Source: Acidobacteriota bacterium (GTDB taxonomy: Bacteria; Acidobacteriota; Vicinamibacteria; Vicinamibacterales; UBA2999). Taken from it: 64,000 nt of DNA. Under the pieces are notes generated by a model. It ran no database searches and was not told where the DNA came from. It saw nothing but the letters and a program-made list of their open reading frames with translations. The translations under genes and the position numbers were made by a program. The stretch covers positions 1,041 through 65,040 of the forward strand of contig JBFMCA010000010.1 in assembly GCA_040754955.1 (NCBI GenBank), in the 5' to 3' direction. Positions 53,422 through 62,464 of the stretch are shown here, piece by piece. How positions within the stretch are numbered: the first letter of the stretch is position 1; each line of letters starts with the position of its first letter.

Positions 53422-55187
53422 TGGACGCCCTGCTGCGCCTCGCCGGCTACGCGCGCGCGCACCGGGCCCTGATTGCCGCGGCCTTCGTGGCGATGACGCT
53501 CTACGGCCTGGGATCGGCGGCGCTGGCGTACTTCATCAAGCCCATCATCGACGAGGTGCTGCCGCGCCAGAACGAACTGGCGCTCGTGGGCTGGGGCATC
53601 CTGGCCGCGTACCTGGTCAAGGGCGTCGGCGCCTACTTTTCGAGCTCGCTGATGGACGACCTGGGCCACCGGGTCGTCCGCCGCCTGCGCAACGACTTGT
53701 TCCGCCACCTGCTGGACCAGTCGGCCGCCTTCTACGCGCGGCGCACGACGGGCCAGCTGCTCTCGCGCATCAGCAACGACGTGGGCCAGGTGCAGCGCGC
53801 CGTGGCGGAGACGGTGGGCGACCTGGCGCGCGAAACGCTCACCGTGTTCGGGTACGCGGCGCTGCTGTTCTACTTCGATGCCGGTCTGGCGCTGCTCTGT
53901 CTCACCGGGGCGCCCGTGGTGGTGTACCCGCTCGTCACGATGGGCCGGCGCCTGCGGACGGTGTCGCGGTGGAGCCAGGAGGCGATGGAGCAGATGTCGC
54001 ACGTGGCCGCGGAGGCCTTCGCGGGCCATCGCATCGTGAAGGCGTTCGGCGCCGAGGGGCGGGAGGCGGCGCGGTTCGAGCGGGCGTCGGACGCGCTCTA
54101 CCGGGTGAACCTCAAGGTGACGCGCGTGCTCGCCATCCTGCCGCCCCTCATGGAGTGGCTGGGCGGCCTCGCCATCGTCGGCGCGCTCTGGTACGGCAGC
54201 CGGGAGATTGCGTCGGGGCGGCTGACGCCCGGCGAGTTCACCTCGTTCATCGCGGCGCTGCTGATGATGTACGGCCCGGTCAAGAAGCTGAGCCGCGTCA
54301 ACGCCAACCTGCAGCAGGCCGCCGCCGCGGCCGAGCGCGTCTTCGAGCTGCTCGACACGCACACCGAGGTGGCGGAGCGGCCCGGCGCGCCGGCCCTGGC
54401 GCCGTTCCGGAGCACGATCGAGTTCCGCGACGTGGTGTTCGGCTACGAGGACGGGTACGGCCGCCACGCCCTGCGCGGCGTGTCGTTCTCCGTGCGCGCC
54501 GGGCAGATGGTCGCGCTCGTCGGCAAGAGTGGGGCCGGCAAGACCACGCTGGTCAACCTGCTGCCGCGGTTCTACGACGTGACGGGCGGCCAGATCCTCA
54601 TCGACGGCGTCGACATCCGCGACGTGTCGCTGGCCTCGCTCCGCGCGCAGATCGGGATCGTGACGCAGGACACCGTGCTCTTCGACGACACGATCGCGGC
54701 CAACATCGCGTACGGGGTGCCGGGGGCGGGCGCCGAGTCCATCGAAGCGGCTGCCCGGGCGGCGCACGCGCACGAGTTCATCAGCACGCTACCCGAGGGG
54801 TACGAGACGACGATCGGCGAGCGGGGCCAGCGTCTGTCGGGCGGCCAGCGCCAGCGCCTGGCCATCGCGCGCGCCCTGCTCAAGAACTCGCCGATCCTGA
54901 TTCTCGACGAGGCCACGTCGTCGCTCGACACCGAGTCGGAGCAGCTCGTCCAGGACGCCCTGGCGACGCTCATGCTGAACCGCACGTCGTTCGTCATTGC
55001 CCACCGGCTCTCGACCGTGCGCCGCGCCGATGCCATCCTGGTCGTCGACCGCGGCCGCATCGTCGAGACCGGGCGGCACGAAGACCTGCTGGCCCGGCCG
55101 TCGAGCCTCTACGCCCGCCTCTACGAGATGCAGCTGCTCGAGGGGAAGGGCGAGGGACGACGCGCACGCGCGGAGAGCGCCCCATGA
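53421..55187 (+). CDS. ABC transporter permease/ATPase, MsbA-like exporter (type I half-transporter)
   Basis: The ATG at 53421 overlaps the galE TGA. Six-TM domain, then Walker A GKSGAGKTT, signature LSGGQRQR and Walker B ILILDEATS. Confidence 0.85.
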   Translation: MDALLRLAGYARAHRALIAAAFVAMTLYGLGSAALAYFIKPIIDEVLPRQNELALVGWGILAAYLVKGVGAYFSSSLMDDLGHRVVRRLRNDLFRHLLDQSAAFYARRTTGQLLSRISNDVGQVQRAVAETVGDLARETLTVFGYAALLFYFDAGLALLCLTGAPVVVYPLVTMGRRLRTVSRWSQEAMEQMSHVAAEAFAGHRIVKAFGAEGREAARFERASDALYRVNLKVTRVLAILPPLMEWLGGLAIVGALWYGSREIASGRLTPGEFTSFIAALLMMYGPVKKLSRVNANLQQAAAAAERVFELLDTHTEVAERPGAPALAPFRSTIEFRDVVFGYEDGYGRHALRGVSFSVRAGQMVALVGKSGAGKTTLVNLLPRFYDVTGGQILIDGVDIRDVSLASLRAQIGIVTQDTVLFDDTIAANIAYGVPGAGAESIEAAARAAHAHEFISTLPEGYETTIGERGQRLSGGQRQRLAIARALLKNSPILILDEATSSLDTESEQLVQDALATLMLNRTSFVIAHRLSTVRRADAILVVDRGRIVETGRHEDLLARPSSLYARLYEMQLLEGKGEGRRARAESAP

Positions 55188-56074
55188 TCAGGTCGATGAC
55201 CGGCTTTGCCTCGGTGGCGCGCGACGACGAGCGGGGGACGGTCGGCGTCACGGTGCGCGCCGTGAACCACCGGTTTCTGGATCTCCAGATCCGGCTCCCG
55301 CCGGCCGTCGCGGATCTCGAGCCCCGGGTGCGCGCGGCCGTGCAGCGGCGCCTCGCCCGGGGCCGCGTCGAGGTGGCCGTGTCGGCGCAGCTCCGGCAGA
55401 TGCCGACCGCGACGGTCGAGATCAACGAAGACTTCGTCCGCGCCCTCGCGGCCGCGTTCGATCAGGCGCGCGCCCGGGGCCTCGTGGCCGGCGCGCTGAC
55501 GCCCGGCGATCTGCTGCGTCTCCCGCAGGCGCTCGTCGTCCGCGATCGGCCCGCCGAGTCGGCCGGCGAGGGCAGCGCCGTGGCCGACCTGGTCGAGTCG
55601 GCGCTGGACGCGGCGCTCGACGAGCTCGACGCCATGCGCGTGCGCGAGGGAGCCCACCTGGCCGCCGACTTCAGCGCCCGGACGGCGGTGCTTGCCCGAA
55701 TCCTCGACGAGGTCGCCGAGGCGGCCGACCGCGGCCGCGCCGACGTCGAGGCCCGCCTCCAGGAGCGCACCCGCGAGCTCATGAGCCTCGTGCCCGCCGA
55801 TCCGGCGGCCGTCGCGCAGGAGATCGTCCGCGTGGCGCAACGGTCGGACATCTCGGAGGAAGTCACCCGGTTCCGCGGACACCTCGCCCACTGGGACGTG
55901 CTCACCGCGTCGGCCGAGCCCTGCGGGCGCAAGCTCGACTTTCTCCTGCAGGAAATGAACCGCGAGATGAACACCATCGGTTCGAAAGCCGACGGGCTGC
56001 AGGTGTCGGAGCGGATCATCCAGGCGAAGGCCGAGCTGGAGCGGCTGCGCGAGCAGGTCCAGAATGTGGAGTAA
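55184..56074 (+). CDS. yicC: YicC-family stress-induced protein
   Basis: MIRSMTGFA N-terminus and C-terminal KLDFLLQEMNREMNTIGSKA...ERLREQVQNVE. ATGA overlap with the upstream gene. Confidence 0.85.
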   Translation: MIRSMTGFASVARDDERGTVGVTVRAVNHRFLDLQIRLPPAVADLEPRVRAAVQRRLARGRVEVAVSAQLRQMPTATVEINEDFVRALAAAFDQARARGLVAGALTPGDLLRLPQALVVRDRPAESAGEGSAVADLVESALDAALDELDAMRVREGAHLAADFSARTAVLARILDEVAEAADRGRADVEARLQERTRELMSLVPADPAAVAQEIVRVAQRSDISEEVTRFRGHLAHWDVLTASAEPCGRKLDFLLQEMNREMNTIGSKADGLQVSERIIQAKAELERLREQVQNVE

Positions 56075-56690
56075 TCCCCGCGGCCTGCTGTTCATCGTCT
56101 CGGCTCCGTCGGGGACCGGGAAGACGACGCTCGTCGAGCGGCTGGTGCAGATCCTGCCGAACCTGCGGATGTCGCGCTCCTACACGAGCCGCGAGCGCCG
56201 CGAGGGCGAGCGGGACGGCGTGGACTACCACTTCGTGTCGCGCGAGGTCTTCGAGCGCATGATCGCGGAGGGCGCGTTCCTCGAGTGGGCGGACGTGTTC
56301 GGCAATCTGTACGGCACCGCCCGCCGCGACGTCGAGGCCATGCTCGATCGCGGGCAGGACGTCGTGCTGGTGATCGACGTGCAGGGGGCGCGGCAGGTCA
56401 AGACGCACCGGATCGATCACACCGCCATCTTCGTGCTGCCGCCGTCGTTTGCGATCCTGGAGCAGCGCCTGCGCGGCCGCAGCAAGGACACCGAGGCACA
56501 GATGCAGCAGCGGCTCGCCACGGCGCGGGCCGAGGCCGCGAGCTACGTCGACTACGACTACGTCGTCGTCAACGACGCCCTCGAGCCCACCGTGGTGCGG
56601 CTCCAGGAGATCATCGCGGCCGAACGGTCGCGGACGCACCGCATGGCGACGATCGCCGAGCGGATCATCGACACGTTTCGAGAGGCGTAG
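56064..56690 (+). CDS. gmk: guanylate kinase
   Basis: P-loop SAPSGTGKTT, SRSYTSRERREGERDGVDYHFV, and a lid region. Confidence 0.9.
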   Translation: MWSNPRGLLFIVSAPSGTGKTTLVERLVQILPNLRMSRSYTSRERREGERDGVDYHFVSREVFERMIAEGAFLEWADVFGNLYGTARRDVEAMLDRGQDVVLVIDVQGARQVKTHRIDHTAIFVLPPSFAILEQRLRGRSKDTEAQMQQRLATARAEAASYVDYDYVVVNDALEPTVVRLQEIIAAERSRTHRMATIAERIIDTFREA

Positions 56691-56692
56691 GG

Positions 56693-56758
56693 AGGCTTGA
56701 AGGCTTGAAGGCTTGGAGGGGTTGAGGGGTGCGCCGGAGCCCAGAGCCCAGAGCCCAG
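56693..56758. repeat. two adjacent tandem arrays: octamer (AGGCTTGA-like)x5, then heptamer (AGCCCAG)x3
   Basis: aggcttga aggcttga aggcttgg aggggttg aggggtgc (56693-56732), then agcccag x3 (56738-56758). Together they fill the gmk-coaBC spacer. Confidence 0.8.
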
Positions 56759-56768
56759 GAAGTGACCC

Positions 56769-57977
56769 ATGGCATTCATCGCACTCGGCATCACTGGCGG
56801 CATCGGGGCCTACAAGGCCGTGGAGATCGCACGCGGGCTGCAGAAGCGGGGCCATGACGTCGTCGCCGTGATGACGCGGTCGGCGCGGCGCTTCGTCGGA
56901 CCGCTGACGCTCGAAGCGATCACGCGGCGGCCGGTCGTGAGCGATCCGTGGAAGCCGGGCGCCAACGCCGACATCGAGCACATCGCGATCGCGTCGACGA
57001 TCGACCTGCTGCTGGTCGCGCCGGCCACGGCGAACACGATCGGGAAGTTCGCGGGCGGCATCGCCGACGATTTCCTGTCCGCGCTCTACCTGGCGACCAC
57101 GGCGCCCGTGCTGCTGGCGCCGGCCATGAACACGAACATGTTCTCCCACCCTGCCGTCCGCGCGAACCTCGATACCCTGGCGGCGCGCGGCGTACGCTTC
57201 GTCGAACCGGGCGAGGGGTACCTCGCGTGCGGGTGGATCGGCAAGGGCCGGCTCGCCGAACCCGAGGACGTCGTCCAGGCGGTGGACCAGCTCCTGGCGC
57301 GCGACGGTCCGCTGGCGGGGAAGCGCGTGCTGGTGACGGCTGGCCCGACCTACGAGGATCTCGATCCCGTGCGGTATCTCGGCAATCGCTCGAGCGGCCG
57401 CATGGGCTTCGCCGTCGCGGCCGAGGCCGCCCGCCGCGGCGCGCGCGTGACGGTGGTGGCGGGCCCGACGACGGCCCCGGCGCCGGAGCGGCTGGAGGTC
57501 GTCCGGGTCCGCAGCGCCGCCGACATGCACGCCGCCGTGCTCGAACTCGCGCCCGCCGCGGACGTCGTGATCATGGCGGCGGCCGTGGCCGACTACACGC
57601 CGACGGCCGCGGCGGACCAGAAGATTGCCAAGACGGACGGCCCGTTGACCATCACGCTCACGCGGACGAAGGACATCCTGGCCGATCTCGGCCGACTGCC
57701 CTCGAGAGCCGCGGGTCGGCCGGTGCTTGTCGGCTTTGCGGCCGAGACCCACGACGTGGTGGCACGCGCCCAGCGGAAGCTCGCGGCGAAGGCCGCCGAC
57801 CTCATCGTGGCCAACGACGTGTCGCGCCCGGACGCAGGGTTCGACGTCGAGACCAACGCCGTCACGCTCGTCTCGCGCGAGGGGCTGGACGAGGTGCCGC
57901 TCGCCAGCAAGTCGGCGGTCGCGGCCCGGATTCTCGATCGCGTGGAACGGCTCCTCGCTGGGAGTGTCGTGGCATGA
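56769..57977 (+). CDS. coaBC: bifunctional phosphopantothenoylcysteine decarboxylase / phosphopantothenate--cysteine ligase
   Basis: N-terminal flavoprotein ([12 protein letters not shown]..., PAMNTNM) and C-terminal CoaB ([24 protein letters not shown]). 402 aa. Confidence 0.9.
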   Translation: MAFIALGITGGIGAYKAVEIARGLQKRGHDVVAVMTRSARRFVGPLTLEAITRRPVVSDPWKPGANADIEHIAIASTIDLLLVAPATANTIGKFAGGIADDFLSALYLATTAPVLLAPAMNTNMFSHPAVRANLDTLAARGVRFVEPGEGYLACGWIGKGRLAEPEDVVQAVDQLLARDGPLAGKRVLVTAGPTYEDLDPVRYLGNRSSGRMGFAVAAEAARRGARVTVVAGPTTAPAPERLEVVRVRSAADMHAAVLELAPAADVVIMAAAVADYTPTAAADQKIAKTDGPLTITLTRTKDILADLGRLPSRAAGRPVLVGFAAETHDVVARAQRKLAAKAADLIVANDVSRPDAGFDVETNAVTLVSREGLDEVPLASKSAVAARILDRVERLLAGSVVA

Positions 57978-58720
57978 GCGGCCGGCTCACGCCCGAGCTG
58001 GCGGCTCACCTGCGCTACGCGGCCGACCTCGGCGTCGAGGGCATCAGCCGCGCCGCAGCCTGGCGGGTGCGGCCGGACGCCGCGCCGGGGGCTGGCGCTG
58101 CCCCCGCACAGGCGTCCGCGGATGCCGTGACGCCCCCGCCGGCGGCGGGTGGCGACGCCGCCGCCGCGCTTGCCGCGCTCCGGGCGGAGATCGGTCCCGA
58201 CTGCTCGCGCTGCAAGCTCCACGCGCTCGGACGGAGGCAGGTCGTCTTCGGGGTGGGGAACCCGAAGGCCGCGCTGATGTTCGTGGGTGAGGGACCGGGC
58301 GAGGATGAAGACCGCCAGGGTGAGCCCTTCGTCGGCCGCGCGGGGCAGCTCCTCACGCGGATCATCGAGGCCATCGGGCTCACGCGCGAGCAGGTATACA
58401 TCGCCAACGTGATCAAGTGCCGGCCGCCGGGCAATCGCAACCCGGAGCCGGACGAGGTGGAGCAGTGCGAGCCGTTCCTGTTCCGGCAGATCGACGCGAT
58501 CGGGCCGCGCGTGATTGTCGCGCTCGGCAAGTTTGCGGCGCAGTCGCTGCTTCGGACGGCGGATCCGATCTCGAAGCTCCGCGGGCGCGTGTACGCGTAC
58601 CGCGGCGGATCGCTCGTGCCCACGTTTCACCCCGCCTACCTCCTGCGCAACCCGTCGGCCAAACGGGAGGTCTGGGAGGACATGAAGAAGGTGCGCGCCA
58701 TCCTGCAGGGCGGCGCCTGA
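57974..58720 (+). CDS. uracil-DNA glycosylase, family 4
   Basis: The ATG at 57974 overlaps the coaBC TGA. Motifs [44 protein letters not shown] and HPAYLLRNP are present. Confidence 0.85.
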   Translation: MSGRLTPELAAHLRYAADLGVEGISRAAAWRVRPDAAPGAGAAPAQASADAVTPPPAAGGDAAAALAALRAEIGPDCSRCKLHALGRRQVVFGVGNPKAALMFVGEGPGEDEDRQGEPFVGRAGQLLTRIIEAIGLTREQVYIANVIKCRPPGNRNPEPDEVEQCEPFLFRQIDAIGPRVIVALGKFAAQSLLRTADPISKLRGRVYAYRGGSLVPTFHPAYLLRNPSAKREVWEDMKKVRAILQGGA

Positions 58721-58730
58721 GGATCCCGTC

Positions 58731-61013
58731 GTGAGCGCGCGGCTGGTGGCTGTCGCGGTGCCGGTGCCGGCCCTCGATGTGCTGACGTACCGTGTGCCGG
58801 AGGGGCAGGCGACCCCGGTGCCCGGCGCGCGGGTGGTGGTGCCGCTCGGGCGCCGCACGCTCACGGGTGTCGTGGCCGGCGACGCCGATCCCCCGGGGAC
58901 CGACGTCGAGCTGCGGGAGATCGTCGAGGTCCTCGACGAGTCGCCGTTTCTCCCGCCCGACGTGCTCGAGCTGACGCGGTGGGTCAGCGACTACTATCTC
59001 GCCGGTCCCGGGGCCACGCTCGCCGCGGCCATGCCGCCCCACGCGCTGTCGGCGCGGCCTCACGCCTTCAAGACCGTGCGGGTCGCAGCCCTGACCGCCG
59101 AAGGCCTGGACGTGGCCGCGCGCCTGTCGCGCGAGCCGCGATGCACGAACGACGCGGACCGGGGGCTGCCCACGCTCGGGACGCGGCAGCAGGAGGCGCT
59201 CGCCCTGCTCGCCGCCGCGCCCGCCGGGCTGGCCGCCCCCGCGCTTGCCGCGCGCGGCGTGTCCGGCGCGGTCCTGTCGCGCCTCGAGGGGCTGGGCCTG
59301 GTGGCGATCCGCGCGGACCGCGTCGATCGCGATCCGTTCGCGCCAGCCGGCGCGGCGACGACCCCGAGCCGCCCTGAACAACAGCTGACCGACGAGCAGC
59401 AGGCGGCGCTGGCCCGACTGGGCGCGCTGGCCGGCGAGCGGGCCTTCCGGGTGGCACTCGTGCACGGCGTGACGGGAAGCGGCAAGACGGAGGTCTATCT
59501 GCGGCTGAGCGACCTGGTGCGCCGCACCGGGCGCGGCGTGCTGATTCTCGTGCCGGAGATTGCCCTCACGCCAGCGATGGCAGCCCAGTTCCGCGCCCGT
59601 TTCGGCGACGGCGTCGCCATTCAGCACAGCGGGCTCTCCGACGGCGAGCGCCACGACCAGTGGCACCGGGTTCGGCGGGGCGACGTCGACGTCGTGGTCG
59701 GCACGCGCTCGGCGGTGTTCGTCCCGCTCCGGCGTCCGGGTCTCATCATCATCGACGAGGAGCACGACCCGTCGTACAAGCAGGAGGAGACGCCGCGGTA
59801 CCACGGCCGGGACGTCGGCGTGATGCGCGGCAAGCTGGCGGGCGCGCTGGTGGTGCTCGGATCGGCCACGCCATCGCTCGAGTCGTTCCACAATGCCCGC
59901 CGAGGCCGCTACGAGCTCGTCACGCTCGACCGCCGCGTGCTCGACCGCCCGCTGGCGCGCGTGGAGGTCGTCAACATGCGTGACGAGTACGCGCAGGAGG
60001 GGCCCGACGTCATCCTGAGCCGGCCCCTGCGCGCGGCACTGGCGGCGCGGCTCACGCGCGGCGAGCAGGCGCTCATCCTGCTCAACCGGCGCGGCTACGC
60101 CGCGGCGGTGTTCTGCCGCCAGTGCGGCGCGACGGTGGACTGTCCCAACTGCAGCGTGTCGCTCACGGTGCACACGGGCCGGCGGGAGTGGCGCGCGCGC
60201 TGCCACTACTGCAACTTCTCGCGCGTCGTGCCGCCGACGTGCGGCACGTGCGCCGCGCCGTACCTCGAACATGTCGGCATCGGCACCGAGCGGGTCGAGG
60301 CGGAGATTGCCGCCGCGTTCCCCGCCGCGCGCACCGGGCGTGTCGATCGCGACACGATCCGCCGGCGCGGCACGCTCGCCGACCTGCTCGGCCGCTTCGC
60401 CAGGCGCGAGCTGGACGTGCTGGTCGGCACGCAGATGATCGCCAAGGGTCACGACTTCCCGCAGGTGACGCTCGTCGGCGTCGTCTCGGCCGATGTCGGA
60501 CTGGGGCTGGCCGATTTTCGCGCCGCAGAGCGGACGTTCCAGCTGCTGACGCAGGTGGCCGGGCGAGCCGGGCGTGGCGACACGCCAGGCGAGGCCGTGA
60601 TCCAGACGCTCTTTCCCCAGCACTACAGCATTCGCCTGGCCTGCACGCAGGACTACCGGGCGTTCTTCGAGCACGAGGCGGCGTTCCGCCGGGCGATGCG
60701 GTACCCGCCGATCGTGGCCATGGTGAACGTGGTCGTGCGCGGGCGGACGTTCGACGCCGCGATGGACGCCGCGGCCGCGCTCGTCGAGCGCGTCGAGGCG
60801 CGGCCGGCCGGGGAGACCGGGCCGCGCGGCTTCGTCGTGCTGGGGCCGGCTCCGGCGCCCCTCACGCGCCTCAGAGGCGAGCATCGCGCGCAGTTCTTCC
60901 TGAAGGGCACCGCGCGCGCCGCCATGCGCGCGGCGCTGCGCCGCGCGCTGGCGTCGGCGCCGGAGATCGCCCGCAAGGCCGCCGTGGACGTCGATCCGGT
61001 GAGCATGCTCTGA
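58731..61013 (+). CDS. priA: primosomal protein N' (replication restart helicase PriA)
   Basis: Walker A GVTGSGKTEVY, DEEHD, Zn-binding CRQCG...CPNC...CHYC...CGTC, and helicase C motifs. GTG start. Confidence 0.9.
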   Translation: MSARLVAVAVPVPALDVLTYRVPEGQATPVPGARVVVPLGRRTLTGVVAGDADPPGTDVELREIVEVLDESPFLPPDVLELTRWVSDYYLAGPGATLAAAMPPHALSARPHAFKTVRVAALTAEGLDVAARLSREPRCTNDADRGLPTLGTRQQEALALLAAAPAGLAAPALAARGVSGAVLSRLEGLGLVAIRADRVDRDPFAPAGAATTPSRPEQQLTDEQQAALARLGALAGERAFRVALVHGVTGSGKTEVYLRLSDLVRRTGRGVLILVPEIALTPAMAAQFRARFGDGVAIQHSGLSDGERHDQWHRVRRGDVDVVVGTRSAVFVPLRRPGLIIIDEEHDPSYKQEETPRYHGRDVGVMRGKLAGALVVLGSATPSLESFHNARRGRYELVTLDRRVLDRPLARVEVVNMRDEYAQEGPDVILSRPLRAALAARLTRGEQALILLNRRGYAAAVFCRQCGATVDCPNCSVSLTVHTGRREWRARCHYCNFSRVVPPTCGTCAAPYLEHVGIGTERVEAEIAAAFPAARTGRVDRDTIRRRGTLADLLGRFARRELDVLVGTQMIAKGHDFPQVTLVGVVSADVGLGLADFRAAERTFQLLTQVAGRAGRGDTPGEAVIQTLFPQHYSIRLACTQDYRAFFEHEAAFRRAMRYPPIVAMVNVVVRGRTFDAAMDAAAALVERVEARPAGETGPRGFVVLGPAPAPLTRLRGEHRAQFFLKGTARAAMRAALRRALASAPEIARKAAVDVDPVSML

Positions 61014-61035
61014 CGCGCGCGCGACCGGCGGCCGG

Positions 61036-62442
61036 GTGGACGCTCCCGCGCGATCGACGGACGCACCCACCCAGGGACCGGCGCCCCATCACGCACACAT
61101 CCCCGAGCCGCTCGCGAGCCCGCGCGTGGAGGCCCGGTGGGGGAGTACAATCCACCGCGTGGTCGAGGTGCTGGAGTACGAATACGAAAGCGGGTTCTGC
61201 TGGATCGTGCGCGGGGTGCCGCGCGCCCTCGGGGACGAACCGGCGGATCACCAGACCGACGATCGGCGGTCGACGCTCGTGGTGCTGGAGAACGGCGCGC
61301 CGCTCGCCGAGGCCCACGCGCCGCACGAGAACATCCGCAGCCTCGGGCGCGGACGGTACTCGCACTGGACCGACTCGGTCCGCTTCTCGACCAGCGACAA
61401 CAGCAACCCGCTCATGAACGGACGCTCCTACGCGCTGGCGACCCGCACGCGCACGGTGACGCTCAAGCCTGTGCGGGTGACCGCCGAGACGGCCGCGCGC
61501 ATCGAGCGGACACTCGCCGAGCGGCGGGCGCTCGTAAGCGACGTCGACCGGTGGTGCACGCACGCCGGCGGACGCGAGTGGCGGCTCGATCTCGGGGCGC
61601 TCTGGGCCCACCACGGCGCTACCCTCCCGGCCGATCCGGCCGAGGTTCGCCTGGTCGAGGACGATCGCGCGATTCCCGTCGTGCCGGAGGTCTGGCCCTT
61701 CATCCGGTTCGCCGCGTCAGACGGCACGCACCCGAAGCTGAACGGCCGCCGCTATGACGCCATCGTCGGCGGGCGGCGCCTGCGCCTTCCGCAGTCGCCG
61801 CAGGCCCTGGCGCTGACGGGGCCGACGCCGCCGATCGAGGCGGGCTGGGCGCGGCTCGTGGGCGAGGCGCAGCGGGCCGGCGCCACCGTCGACATCGACC
61901 TGCCGTCGCCGAACGACTACCAGCGCTTTCTCGCCGGGCTCGTGAGGCACTTCGCCTGGTCGCGGGTGCTGGAGATCGGGACCGAGTTCGGTCGATCGGG
62001 TCTGTCCATCGTCTCAGGCCTCGGGCCGCGCCTCGAGACCTTCGTCACCGTGGACCTCGCCGATCGCGCTCCCGTCCTCGACGGCCGTCCCGGCGTGCAC
62101 CGGGTCATCGGCGATGCCGGCGACCCGGTGATCATCCGGCGCGTCCTCGACCACTTCCGCCGCGCACCCATCGACATGCTCTTCGTCGACAGCGGCCACG
62201 ATTACCAGCTCACACTCGCGCACTTTGCGAGCTACGCGGCTCTGCTCCGGCCCAAGCTCGTCGCCTTCGACGACATCGTGCTGAACGAAGAGATGGCTCG
62301 GTTCTGGAGCGACCTGAGGGCCACGGCCGGCCCAGACGCGGTCAATGCCTGTGACATCGACCCGACCGTCCGCTCAGCCGATTGCGGCTTCGGCCTGCTG
62401 GCCCTCGACCGCTCCGCGCTGGGCCTGGCGCCCAGAGCCTAG
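61036..62442 (+). CDS. hypothetical protein: N-terminal duplicated module plus C-terminal class I SAM-methyltransferase-like (CmcI / Methyltransf_24-like) domain
   Basis: C-terminus VLEIGTEFGRSG...MLFVDSGHDY...LVAFDDIV. The N-terminus carries two copies of a [VI]RF[SA]xSDxxxPxxNGRxY module. The start is uncertain: GTG 61036 as listed, or in-frame GTG 61159 (TACAAT 7 nt upstream). Confidence 0.55.
   Translation: MDAPARSTDAPTQGPAPHHAHIPEPLASPRVEARWGSTIHRVVEVLEYEYESGFCWIVRGVPRALGDEPADHQTDDRRSTLVVLENGAPLAEAHAPHENIRSLGRGRYSHWTDSVRFSTSDNSNPLMNGRSYALATRTRTVTLKPVRVTAETAARIERTLAERRALVSDVDRWCTHAGGREWRLDLGALWAHHGATLPADPAEVRLVEDDRAIPVVPEVWPFIRFAASDGTHPKLNGRRYDAIVGGRRLRLPQSPQALALTGPTPPIEAGWARLVGEAQRAGATVDIDLPSPNDYQRFLAGLVRHFAWSRVLEIGTEFGRSGLSIVSGLGPRLETFVTVDLADRAPVLDGRPGVHRVIGDAGDPVIIRRVLDHFRRAPIDMLFVDSGHDYQLTLAHFASYAALLRPKLVAFDDIVLNEEMARFWSDLRATAGPDAVNACDIDPTVRSADCGFGLLALDRSALGLAPRA
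61146..61151 (+). promoter_or_regulatory. candidate -10 (TACAAT) 7 nt upstream of in-frame GTG 61159
   Basis: TACAAT-ccaccgc-GTG. Confidence 0.3.
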
Positions 62443-62464
62443 CGCCGAAAGCCCAGAGCCCCCT

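Noticed and set aside
56691-56768. Missing or degraded rpoZ between gmk and coaBC
   Set aside because: The spacer is only 78 bp and consists entirely of tandem repeats. No ORF remnant is visible, and rpoZ is presumably elsewhere. This is noted under the repeat finding and not called a pseudogene.
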